DNA from: Gemmatimonas sp.
GTDB lineage: Bacteria > Gemmatimonadota > Gemmatimonadetes > Gemmatimonadales > Gemmatimonadaceae
DNA length: 64,000 bases
Reading direction: 5' to 3'
Assembly: GCA_965279375.1 (NCBI GenBank)
Contig: OZ257156.1
Span: 896,001-960,000 of the forward strand
Part shown: positions 18,513-27,735 of the stretch, in pieces
How the letters are laid out: every line of letters begins with the position of its first letter
How positions within the stretch are numbered: the stretch's first letter is position 1
Program-made: the position numbers and the translations under genes
Notes under the pieces: generated by a model
Told to the model about the DNA's origin: nothing
The model's database searches: none
The model's input: only the letters and a program-made list of their open reading frames with translations

Positions 18513-20978
18513 TTACGACACGATGTTCACAAGTACTGGCGAGACGTAGACCACGCGACGCGGTTCTCTTCCATTCAGGTGCCGCTGCACCACCTCGCTG
18601 GCTGCCGCCGCCGCTTTGGTCTCATCAGGCGCGAGACTCGCGTTGACGCGAATACGGTCTCGCACTCTTCCGTTGACCTGCACCACGAGGAGATGCGTCT
18701 CCGCTCGCACCGCGCTCTCGTCCACGGTAGGCCAGCGTTGGAGGTGCACCGAGTATGGCTTTCCCATTCGGCACCACAGTTCCTCGGCTATGTGCGGCAT
18801 GAGGGGTGCTAGCATGAGAACGAGCATGTCACACGCCTCGACCCATTCGTGCGTCCCCTCGAGTCCGTCGCGCTGAGCTTCGATGAGATCACTGGTGAAC
18901 TGCATGAGCGACGGCACGACGGTGTTGAATGCGAACCTGTCAAGGTCGTTGGTCACTGACAGTAGCGTACGATGCGCGCTGGCCTTGAGGGCGGTGCGAG
19001 CGGCCGCACTGGCCACCGGCTCCGTAGGATGCTCCCTGCGCGTCGCGAGCAACGCCCACACGCGCCGCACCCAGCGCGCGGAACCTTCAATGGCTTTTTC
19101 GTTCCATGGTCCCCCCTGGTCCCAGCGGGCGAACCATGCCAAGTACACGCGGACAACGTCTGCACCGTAGCGGTCGACGAGATCGTCCGGAGCGACCACG
19201 TTCCCCTTCGACTTCGACATCTTCGTCGCATCCGCGCCCAAGATCGGGCCTTGGTTGCGAAGCTGGAGCATCGGCTCGGGACCACTCGTGAGTCCGATGT
19301 CGCGAAGCGCCTTGTGGAAGAAGCGCGTGTAAATCAGGTGCATCGTCGCGTGTTCGACACCGCCAGTGTAGGTGTCGACCGGCATCCAGTAGGCGTACTC
19401 CTCCTTGGAGAACGGACCCGCATCGTCGTGCGGGCTCAGGTAGCGAAGGTGGTACCAGGATGAACAGACGAACGTGTCCATGGTGTCGGAATCCCGCTCC
19501 GCATCACCGCCGCAGCGCGAACACTGCGTCATCCGCCAAGTCGGGTGCAGTTTGAGAGGGCTTTCTCCAGTTGGGAGCCACTCCACGTCTTCGGGAAGGG
19601 TGACAGGCAGCTCACCGTCCGGAACCAGCACCGGACCGCACGACTGGCAGTGCACGACGGGAATGGGCGCTCCCCAGTACCGCTGCCGTGATACCAGCCA
19701 GTCACGGAGCCGATATTGTACAGTGCGGTGGCCGACGCCCTTGTTCTCGAGAAACTCGATGGTGCGACCGATTGCGTCGGCAGCCGAGGTTCCCGTGAGC
19801 GATCCCGAGTCCACCATGCGACCACGGCCGGTCCAGGGGAGCTTCGGACCCTTGGACGAGTCCGTGACATCGGTCGGCTGGAGCACCTGCCGGACCTTAA
19901 GTTCGTAGCGTGTCGCGAAGTCGAAATCCCGCTGGTCGTGCGCCGGCACACCCATTACCGCCCCAGTGCCGTACCTCGCGAGGACATAGTCGGCAACCCA
20001 GATCGGCACCCGGTCACCGGTCAACGGGTGGGTAGCAAAGGCGCCTGTATCGACGCCTGTCTTGACGCCGTCCGTCGATTCACGCTGAACGTCCGACTGG
20101 CGTAACGCGGCGGAAACATACGACATGACGGGATCGCGCTGGTCGACCTTCAGAAGCCGCGGAAGAAGCGGGTGCTCGGGGGCGATCGCGAGGAAGGTGA
20201 CGCCCCATAGTGTGTCCGGGCGCGTCGTGAACACTTCCAGCGATTCCCCGGCATCCGTCGCGAATCGAACGAGAGCTCCTTCGGACCGACCGATCCAGTT
20301 GGTCTGCGCAAGCTGCACGCGCTCGGGCCAATCCAAGCCTGAGAAGTCCAGCAGCTCTTCGGCGTATCGCGTCGTTCGAAAGAACCACTGCTCCAGTTCA
20401 CGCCGCGTCACGGGGGATTCGCAGCGTTCACAGATACGGTCGTCGGTGATAACCTGTTCGCGCGCTAGGGTCGTGTTGCACCCAGGACACCAGTCCACGG
20501 CGGCGCGCTTACGGTACGCAAGCCCGGCCTTGAAGAGCCAGACGAATAGTTGCTGTGTCCAGCGATAATACTCGGTGTCGGACGATACCATCTCGCGCCT
20601 CCAATCGAACATCGCGCCCATGCGCTGAAGCTGGCTGCGCATGCGATCGATGCTGGCGTAGGTCCACTGCGCCGGGTGCACGCCGTTCTTGATCGCGGCG
20701 TTTTCCGCCGGGAGCCCGAACGCATCGAAGCCCATCGGGAAGAGCACATTGAACCCCTGCATGCGCATGAACCTTGCCCGCATGTCGGACGGCACCATGG
20801 CATACCAGTGACCGATGTGGAGGGCGCCCGACGGATACGGCAGCATCGTGAGCGCAAAGTGCTTGGGACGCGTATGGTCGACGCGCGCACGATCGATGCC
20901 GTCCGCGGCCCAGCGCGCCTGCCAACGGGTCTCGACCTCTCCCGGCCGGTATTCTGATCTAATCTTCGCATCGACCAT
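18513..20978 (-). CDS. leuS: Leucyl-tRNA synthetase (probably an accessory copy)
   Basis: MLPYPSGALHIGH, GFDAFGLPAENAA, Zn knuckles, CP1 editing motifs TTRPDT and GTGAVMGVPAHDQRD, DWLVSRQRYWG, GGVEHA, KMSKSKGN, VQVNGRVR. Confidence 0.97.
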   Translation of the reverse strand: MVDAKIRSEYRPGEVETRWQARWAADGIDRARVDHTRPKHFALTMLPYPSGALHIGHWYAMVPSDMRARFMRMQGFNVLFPMGFDAFGLPAENAAIKNGVHPAQWTYASIDRMRSQLQRMGAMFDWRREMVSSDTEYYRWTQQLFVWLFKAGLAYRKRAAVDWCPGCNTTLAREQVITDDRICERCESPVTRRELEQWFFRTTRYAEELLDFSGLDWPERVQLAQTNWIGRSEGALVRFATDAGESLEVFTTRPDTLWGVTFLAIAPEHPLLPRLLKVDQRDPVMSYVSAALRQSDVQRESTDGVKTGVDTGAFATHPLTGDRVPIWVADYVLARYGTGAVMGVPAHDQRDFDFATRYELKVRQVLQPTDVTDSSKGPKLPWTGRGRMVDSGSLTGTSAADAIGRTIEFLENKGVGHRTVQYRLRDWLVSRQRYWGAPIPVVHCQSCGPVLVPDGELPVTLPEDVEWLPTGESPLKLHPTWRMTQCSRCGGDAERDSDTMDTFVCSSWYHLRYLSPHDDAGPFSKEEYAYWMPVDTYTGGVEHATMHLIYTRFFHKALRDIGLTSGPEPMLQLRNQGPILGADATKMSKSKGNVVAPDDLVDRYGADVVRVYLAWFARWDQGGPWNEKAIEGSARWVRRVWALLATRREHPTEPVASAAARTALKASAHRTLLSVTNDLDRFAFNTVVPSLMQFTSDLIEAQRDGLEGTHEWVEACDMLVLMLAPLMPHIAEELWCRMGKPYSVHLQRWPTVDESAVRAETHLLVVQVNGRVRDRIRVNASLAPDETKAAAAASEVVQRHLNGREPRRVVYVSPVLVNIVS

Positions 20979-21029
20979 TGCGTTGTCCTCGTTTTTGCGT
21001 CGTGGCGCGCAGGATTCCCGTACGCCGAA

Positions 21030-22340
21030 TCAGGCGGCGAGCTGAGAGTCGTTGAGTGTGAGGCACTGGTAGGCCGCGTGGATCGTGGCCGCGTCCACGC
21101 CGCCCATGAGGCGTGCTTCGCGACAGAGACCACGAACGCACTCGCGGGCGATCGCTCGCGAATCGTCGTTGACGCGCTCTGCGTCCCACGTCGGTAGGAG
21201 CTCGTGCGACACCGCGACAACGCCGCCGCCGGAAACAATGGGATCGGGGATGAACACAATGCCAACGGCCGTGAACTCCTGAAGCAGCGCGTCGCCGCGA
21301 TGCTCGATCGAGCCGAGTTGGTCGTTGCCGGCGCCGAGGATCAGGCGAACGCGTGCGCCCGCGCGGCGAGCCGCGGCCAGGATCTCACCTCGGGTGCGCA
21401 GATCGCCGACGGGGCGCGTGCCTAGGAAATCGGTGCCTCCTCCGTTCGGGCTGACGACCTCGACCGTCGGATCTTCGAGCGCGGCAACCTCAGAGTCGAA
21501 GACGCTGCCACGCTCGACCAATCGGCGCAGCAGCGCCAGGTGGCGCTCTTCATCGACCTCGCCGCCGCGCGCCTTTGTGGCACGATAGAGACGATCCGCG
21601 GAATCGAGGGACGGATCGAGTTGCGGATCGAACACAACGACGTCGGCGCCAGCGCGATCGAGCAGGTACGCGAGAGGGAGACCAACCTTGCCGAGACCAA
21701 GAACGAGCACCCGAACCTCATCCAAGGATGTCTGGCCCTGCAGCTCCTCGATCGTCTCGAGCAGGCCCGCCTTCACGCCTTCCGCTGTCGCCTCACCAGT
21801 GTCACGTCCGCACTTGAGGCCGATCGTGTAATCGGTGAGGGAGTTCATCAGTTCCAGGTCCGCGTGACTCAGGCCCTGATCAAGCGAGCCAAGGTAGTCG
21901 CCAGCAATGAAGTTCAGGAGCGCCGCATGCGCGCGAAGGCGAGCCTCTCCCACGCCGGTGCCACCGGGGCCGAGTTTGTGCTCCGCAGGAACCCAGATCG
22001 TCCCCTTGCCTCCGGCCCACGAGTAGTGCCGCACGTCGGGTCCCAAGCGGCACGCCGCTCCATAGATGAGCGTCGTCTTGGCGTCCATGGCCCGCGCGAG
22101 CGCCCCAGCGGTGCGCAAGGCATGGGTGTGATCAGGGCACTGAACGATCCGGGTGCCACCAAGACCGACGCGGTTACCCCCCAACGCGGTCTTCGAGACG
22201 ACGACCGAGCTGTAGATCCGGGCGTCGGGGGCGACCGAAGACCCGTTGAAGGCTTCGAAAAGGACGTAGCCGCCATCGAATCGCGCGGGACCTCGAAGTG
22301 TGAGATCCCCCTGCTGAACTTCGCGGTAGTGCATCGACAT
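21030..22340 (-). CDS. Divergent Leu/Phe/Val dehydrogenase family protein
   Basis: LGGTR, LARAMDAK, GGK, D in SLDQG, ATAEGV, Rossmann GLGKVG, GAGNDQL, PD...GGVV; purine-rich RBS GAGAAAGG before ATG 22340. Confidence 0.82.
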   Translation of the reverse strand: MSMHYREVQQGDLTLRGPARFDGGYVLFEAFNGSSVAPDARIYSSVVVSKTALGGNRVGLGGTRIVQCPDHTHALRTAGALARAMDAKTTLIYGAACRLGPDVRHYSWAGGKGTIWVPAEHKLGPGGTGVGEARLRAHAALLNFIAGDYLGSLDQGLSHADLELMNSLTDYTIGLKCGRDTGEATAEGVKAGLLETIEELQGQTSLDEVRVLVLGLGKVGLPLAYLLDRAGADVVVFDPQLDPSLDSADRLYRATKARGGEVDEERHLALLRRLVERGSVFDSEVAALEDPTVEVVSPNGGGTDFLGTRPVGDLRTRGEILAAARRAGARVRLILGAGNDQLGSIEHRGDALLQEFTAVGIVFIPDPIVSGGGVVAVSHELLPTWDAERVNDDSRAIARECVRGLCREARLMGGVDAATIHAAYQCLTLNDSQLAA

Positions 22341-22431
22341 GGCCTTTCTCTCGCACGAAAAGGGTGAGCCCGAGCAAAGGACGGACGGCAGGCCAGCCGC
22401 ATCTGCGCAGGCGGTCAATCTACTTACCGCG

Positions 22432-22460
22432 ATAATATATCATATTTATCTTCATTGCAA
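22432..22460 (-). promoter_or_regulatory. Sigma70-like promoter for the dehydrogenase-leuS-E1 operon
   Basis: Minus strand TTGCAA-N17-TATTAT inside a very AT-rich patch. Confidence 0.65.
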
Positions 22461-22529
22461 GAGTTTATATCGATTAAAATAGCCTAAGGTATCGAGTTGA
22501 GTGCGTTCCGCGGGGAGGCGTCGTTGGGT

Positions 22530-22559
22530 TTGACGGATTATCTATGGAGCTCGTAGTAT
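22530..22559 (+). promoter_or_regulatory. Sigma70-like promoter for the RSH-ATPase operon
   Basis: TTGACG-N18-TAGTAT, 45 nt before ATG 22605; GGAGAG RBS. Confidence 0.55.
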
Positions 22560-22604
22560 TCCTTCGGGGGATTCATAGACGGGCCGATAATCGTTGGAGA
22601 GAAC

Positions 22605-25600
22605 ATGATGAATACCGAGCCGAACGGAGATAGATTTCACACCCCGTTGATGCGTGGCGCCGGGACCGGTGCGGTCCTCGCCGTTCCGGCAAGCCGTGTG
22701 GAGTGGGATCACTGTCAACGCCTTGCGGCGATCCTTCACCAGCGGTTCGACGATCCCGTGCTCACCGAAGCGGGGTTGCTGCACGGCATAGGTGCCCACG
22801 CAGTTGAACGACTCGGCGCGAGCGGAAGGCCAGAGGTCGTCGCGATTCTCGAGGATGTCGAAAAGCTTCGCGCGCTTGAGTTCCGTGACGAGGATCTGAC
22901 GGGAAGTGCTCTTCGAAACGTCTTGCCGCTTCTACGGGATCCGCGGTCCGGCGTGCTGCTGGCGTTCGACCAACTGGACCACGTCGACCCCGATCAATCC
23001 TTTAGACGATGGAGCGCAAAGTTCCACCGTCTTCCCGAGATCGGCGTGGACGCGCTTCCGAGAGAGACCGCGCATCTCGACCCGTTAGTGGAACTCGGGT
23101 CCTATCCACGATTTCTTCGCCGCGTGGTGGCTCCGGTCGCCGCACTCAGTGGATTTTGGCGCGAGCGAAATGCTCTGGATGACTGCGCAACCCTGATTTG
23201 GGACCCCGATCGTGCTAAGGACATCTCCATCGAGGTGAGGCGAGCATCGGGGGCGTGTCGACGCTTGGTTGGGGAAATTGAGGCTTCCTTTGGCGATGGA
23301 GCCGACGCTTCGGTGCTTTGGGAGTGGCGGCACCTCGGTCGGCTGGATCGAGAACTTCCGCGGTCGAACGATCAACTTGCCAGCGCTTTCGATGCACGCA
23401 TCGGAACCCTCGGCTTCGTCACGGTCGTGTGCGTGGACGAGGACGAGTGCTACCGGCTTCTAGGCCGCATTCATCGTCACTTCGAGGGGAGGGGGGAGGC
23501 GTTCCGGGACTATATCGGCAACAAGAAGGGCGACGACTACCGTGCGCTCCACACGCGCGTGGGTCGCCAAGGAGCGGGACGCGGTCCGCGAGAGATCTCC
23601 ATCCGCTTGATTTCCCGAAGTGATGACTTGAAACGAAGCCAGCCGGCTCGACGGTGGCATGATCTGCGCCCGACGAATCCCGCCGGTCCGATGCGCGTGT
23701 TCACCCTCCACGGCGACCCGGTCGATCTTCAGCCGGGTGCTACTGTGGCTGCGTTCGCGGTCGAGGTACACGACGCTCTGCTATTCTACGCGATCGGCGC
23801 CCGGGTCAACCGTCGAACGGTCGAGCTAAACTACAAGTTGTCGCCCGGCGACGTCGTTGAAGTGCTAAAGAGCGAGCGGCTGCAGCCGCTTCCGTCTACT
23901 TGGAAGACTTGGATCCCCGAGATTCTGCCGCAGTCGACGACTTCGTTAAGGGAGTCGACGCCGAACCCAACGCATCGAAGAGTGCGAAAGGCGTATAAAC
24001 GCTTGTTCGAGAGCGAACTCGGCCGGCAGGGATACGCTGAGCTGGAACGACATCTCATACGAGAAGGAATCCGTCGGGTTCCCAGCATGGACGAGATCGG
24101 CCGATTCATTCTTGCGGCAGTGAACTCTTTGTCGGGAGCGCCCCGCAGCGCATGGCTGGACGCGGATTGGTGGTTGCAGCAGATCGGGGCGCTGGTCTAC
24201 AACTCAAAAGACTTCGACCCACTCTTCGAAGTTCAACTCACGAAGGATTTCCAAGGTCTTCTCTTCGAGAAAGTTCGAGACTTGGTCGCCGCCAGCCAGC
24301 TCTGTGAGGAGCTCGGTATCGATCCGCGGACGGCTGGTACTTTCTCTCTGGTACGATGCTCGGCCTGCCATCCTACGACGAGCGACCAAATCCTCGTCGA
24401 ACGGACATACTCGCTACTCACGCTGCACAGGGCCGGTGCTGACTGCGCCAAGGACGCTAGGCCGGTCGACGCCATTGGTCCCTTCGAAGATCAGTTCCTC
24501 TGGATTGAAGGACCGAATAGAGTGGGGTTTGCGGCGACTGTCGCCGAAACATTTTCGAAACACGGTATCGACATCGAGGAGATCATCGCACGAGCGATAA
24601 ATCAGCAGCGAGCTGCCGTCAGGGTGCAGCTGGCGCCTCTGCCGGCTACTCGACTGAAGCAGGTCCTCGAAACATTGCGATCGAACCATGGACTGAAGGT
24701 GACCGACCCGGACGCCGGCCAAGCGACCAGTGAAGAGCGAAATCACTTTCCTCCACGGTCAATGCGCTCGGCCACCCCGCTGACAGATTTCGTTGACTCG
24801 CCATACCGCGTCGGTGACGCACTCTATCAGGACGCGGATTTCTACGGTCAGCAAAGCTCTCTGACGAAACTAAGGACCATCTTTGAAGGCCTGTTGGCGA
24901 ACCCACGTGGTCACGGCCGTCGTTGCTCGATACTGGGGCCGATTAAGGTGGGGAAGACATCGCTGGCGCTCGCGTTCCTCCGCAGGATGTCGAAGGACCA
25001 CGATAGGGTGACGACGATTTATGAGCGGGCGACCCAAACAATGACGTGGCAGGAGATGGAGGCGAATCTTCGAGAGACGATCCTGAAAGAATCTGCCGAG
25101 GTTGCCGCACGCAACAATCGTTCTTTCGACCTTCCACCCGACATCGCACGCAACACGAACATGTACACGGTCGTCAATTCTGTGCGCGAACGTACCGGCG
25201 GTCCAATGATTATCGTGATCGACGAAGCACCGTGGCTGTTCAAAACCTCGCACGAGGGCGGAGAGGCATCCCGACTCGCAGAGGTGGTAGCGCAGCTGCT
25301 TCGAGCCGGCGTGATGTTGATCTGCGTTGGCCCCAAAGTCGGATTCGAGCGTATCCCACCGCGCTTGAGGCCGATCCTTCGCGATGGGACCGATGTCTCC
25401 GTCGACAAGCTGACGCTTCTTGAGGTTCGGGACCTGCTCTTAGCGCGACAGAAGGGAGGTCGATACTCCATCCTGATCGAATCCGGCATTGCCGAAGCTG
25501 TCATGAAAGCAACAAGAGGGAATCCGTTCTGGACAGCCGCGCTCGCAGACAAAATGTGGGAGCTGAACCATGAACGGTACGACAAGACCGTTTTTGAGAA

Positions 25601-25946
25601 CGCGCAAGCTCGTCTGGCGCGTGACAAAATAAAGTTCTACGACCGCTGGGATGATGAGGATCAGTCTTGGCATCCAAATTCGACGATCAAAGGAATTGTC
25701 CGCAAGCTCCTGCAGGAGCTTGCGAAAGAGACTCCTCCCACGGACAAGATGGTTCGAATGCGTACCCAGACTGCTCTCCGCCGTCTGGCGGATGATTCAA
25801 TTCCCTCCGCTGACGAGCTACTCAAAGAACTCGAAGATCTTGGAACCATAGAGCTAAACGCTGAGAGCGCCGGCAAGGATCAGATGTGGTCGCTCGCGGC
25901 ACCAATTTTGGCGCTTCATCTTCGAGAGCATCTTCACAATGCGTGA
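22605..25946 (+). CDS. Degenerate long RelA/SpoT homolog (pseudo-HD, pseudo-synthetase, TGS, Zn-finger, ACT) fused to STAND/AAA-type P-loop ATPase
   Basis: AGLLHG, VVAPVAALSG, ECYRLLGRIH, FRDYIG...DYRALHT; TGS VFTLHG...GATVAAFAVEVH...GARVN...GDVVEV; CSACHP...LHR...DC; ACT NRVGF; SPYRVG, GPIKVGKT, IVIDE, TRGNPF. Confidence 0.8.
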   Translation: MMNTEPNGDRFHTPLMRGAGTGAVLAVPASRVEWDHCQRLAAILHQRFDDPVLTEAGLLHGIGAHAVERLGASGRPEVVAILEDVEKLRALEFRDEDLTGSALRNVLPLLRDPRSGVLLAFDQLDHVDPDQSFRRWSAKFHRLPEIGVDALPRETAHLDPLVELGSYPRFLRRVVAPVAALSGFWRERNALDDCATLIWDPDRAKDISIEVRRASGACRRLVGEIEASFGDGADASVLWEWRHLGRLDRELPRSNDQLASAFDARIGTLGFVTVVCVDEDECYRLLGRIHRHFEGRGEAFRDYIGNKKGDDYRALHTRVGRQGAGRGPREISIRLISRSDDLKRSQPARRWHDLRPTNPAGPMRVFTLHGDPVDLQPGATVAAFAVEVHDALLFYAIGARVNRRTVELNYKLSPGDVVEVLKSERLQPLPSTWKTWIPEILPQSTTSLRESTPNPTHRRVRKAYKRLFESELGRQGYAELERHLIREGIRRVPSMDEIGRFILAAVNSLSGAPRSAWLDADWWLQQIGALVYNSKDFDPLFEVQLTKDFQGLLFEKVRDLVAASQLCEELGIDPRTAGTFSLVRCSACHPTTSDQILVERTYSLLTLHRAGADCAKDARPVDAIGPFEDQFLWIEGPNRVGFAATVAETFSKHGIDIEEIIARAINQQRAAVRVQLAPLPATRLKQVLETLRSNHGLKVTDPDAGQATSEERNHFPPRSMRSATPLTDFVDSPYRVGDALYQDADFYGQQSSLTKLRTIFEGLLANPRGHGRRCSILGPIKVGKTSLALAFLRRMSKDHDRVTTIYERATQTMTWQEMEANLRETILKESAEVAARNNRSFDLPPDIARNTNMYTVVNSVRERTGGPMIIVIDEAPWLFKTSHEGGEASRLAEVVAQLLRAGVMLICVGPKVGFERIPPRLRPILRDGTDVSVDKLTLLEVRDLLLARQKGGRYSILIESGIAEAVMKATRGNPFWTAALADKMWELNHERYDKTVFENAQARLARDKIKFYDRWDDEDQSWHPNSTIKGIVRKLLQELAKETPPTDKMVRMRTQTALRRLADDSIPSADELLKELEDLGTIELNAESAGKDQMWSLAAPILALHLREHLHNA

Positions 25947-27306
25947 TCCGACGCAGATGGGTGGCGGAGCCCCTGCAAATTCTCCGCCAGCTGAGTTCAA
26001 CGGTAACCCGTTCTTCTTCGACGAGCTGATAACGCCGTTGAGCCGGACACTGAAAGAACAAGGCCGATACCTCCGCGGATTTAGGGGGGCAGGAAAAACT
26101 CACATCCTGCGAGCGTTCTCGGTGATCGCCGAATCGATGCTTCTGATGAACCGAAGCCTGAGGGATCGGCCAATCATCTCACCGCTCGATCGGTCGGCGG
26201 AAGAAATCGACATCGTGCTGCGTGACATCGCGCGATCGAAAGGATCGAAGGGAGTTGTCCTCATCGACGACCTAGATCTTCTGCTAGAGCACTCGCAAAA
26301 AGATGGCTTGGACCGCTGGGACTCGCTTTCCGACTCACTGGAGCGGATTTTCACCAGACTTGAGAATGTGCACATTCTCTTCACGACCACCCGCAATCCA
26401 GTTGACATCGGAACGCGGAATCAGATGCTCTCCAACTTCTTGCAAAATGCTCGGGAGCAGCCGCTTGAGCCTTGGAAAACCGCAGAAGAGTGGCACCGAA
26501 AAGTGCGGGATATTCTGGGAGCAAGTCTCGGAGGGGACGCGTGCAGCACTGACGTCGTGGCGAAAGGCATAGTCATACTGAGCGGAGGTCATCCGACCCT
26601 CATCGGTGCCGCCGTGCGGCGGATTCGGAAAACGATGTCGCAGTCGAGCGGATGGATCCCCCCGACCAGGCTTGCGCCCGTGCTCAAGGAGATCCCGCGC
26701 CTTCTCACCGACGACGGCCTCCCGTCTATTAGACGTCGCATCTTAGCGCTGGCCCCAGACCAGCGTAGGGCGCTGGCAGATCTGGCAGGGCATAGCGTAG
26801 GCTACCGTGCGCTCCTCGAGAGGCGAATCGGCGAGGAGCTCACAAATGCAGGGCTTGTACGCAGGCATGACGGCCATCGCGAAGGTCAGCGCGAGTATTC
26901 GATTCCGTCCCCGCTAATTCGGGAAGAGGCATCTGCCGAGCTTTCTTCCCGGGTGGACGATTTCGTTTTGCTTGACCCGTCGACAAGTAATCCAGACCAA
27001 GAAGGCGCGGTGGTCGCCGGTTCGGGATCGACGACTCGCATCGTCAGTCTAAGCGGTCGTTCATGGCAACTCGCGCGTGTGCTCTATGACAACGCGGGGA
27101 AACCGCTGGCGCCCGACGAACTAAATCGACTGCTCGGAGAATTGGTGACCGAAACAGGAAAGCCATTCGTCGTTCACGCCGCGCTCCAACGACTCAGGTC
27201 TTCATTGAAGAACGAGCTGCCGAATCTACTACAAACACATCGCGGCAGCGGATACCTGTTTGACGTACCGCAGCTGCGAGATTACTCCAGGCGACCCAGT
27301 GCTTGA
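25939..27306 (+). CDS. P-loop ATPase with C-terminal OmpR-type winged-helix domain
   Basis: NPF, GFRGAGKT, VVLIDD, SGGHP; C-terminal LARVLYDNAGKPL...ALQRLRSSL...LQTHRGSGYLF; 8-bp overlap with the upstream stop. Confidence 0.8.
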   Translation: MRDPTQMGGGAPANSPPAEFNGNPFFFDELITPLSRTLKEQGRYLRGFRGAGKTHILRAFSVIAESMLLMNRSLRDRPIISPLDRSAEEIDIVLRDIARSKGSKGVVLIDDLDLLLEHSQKDGLDRWDSLSDSLERIFTRLENVHILFTTTRNPVDIGTRNQMLSNFLQNAREQPLEPWKTAEEWHRKVRDILGASLGGDACSTDVVAKGIVILSGGHPTLIGAAVRRIRKTMSQSSGWIPPTRLAPVLKEIPRLLTDDGLPSIRRRILALAPDQRRALADLAGHSVGYRALLERRIGEELTNAGLVRRHDGHREGQREYSIPSPLIREEASAELSSRVDDFVLLDPSTSNPDQEGAVVAGSGSTTRIVSLSGRSWQLARVLYDNAGKPLAPDELNRLLGELVTETGKPFVVHAALQRLRSSLKNELPNLLQTHRGSGYLFDVPQLRDYSRRPSA

Positions 27307-27735
27307 CATAGCGCCGTGCACGAGACCCTTCAGAAAGTCTGCTGAGAACGAGGCCCAAATCATTGGTGGCGGGCGCTACACCGGTCGCTGCGGCGCGGTT
27401 GTGGTTTGTCGACCCTCGCCCCATCGAGCCTACCTTAGCAATTCCGCGCTCACTTTCTTGGCGGCGATTTTGGCCAGCTCGCTTGGAACGCGAGACTTCG
27501 AAACGCCTAACCGTCGCTGTTCGGCTCTGCCTGTGCCCTGCGACTAGACCCCGTGCGAGCGGGAATCCGGTACGAGTCCCGCTCGCCCGCGACGTGAAGG
27601 TGTTCTACTATCCTGGCGTTACAATAGAGGTGGTTTTGCGCTGCTGGGGGTGCGAGAGGACGACGGGCCGGTATTCGCGCACCGTAGGACGTCCCGAACG
27701 TGGGCTTCGCTATGTCTGTTACGGTGAATGGCGCC

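Noticed and set aside
22341..22425. Leucine attenuator leader before the dehydrogenase
   Set aside because: No short Leu-rich leader ORF or terminator seen; only a weak possible hairpin over the RBS.
27505..27560. GCCTAAC inside the 12-kb segment as an extra attC
   Set aside because: No complementary L boxes or properly spaced GTT partner found; a covariance scan would settle it.
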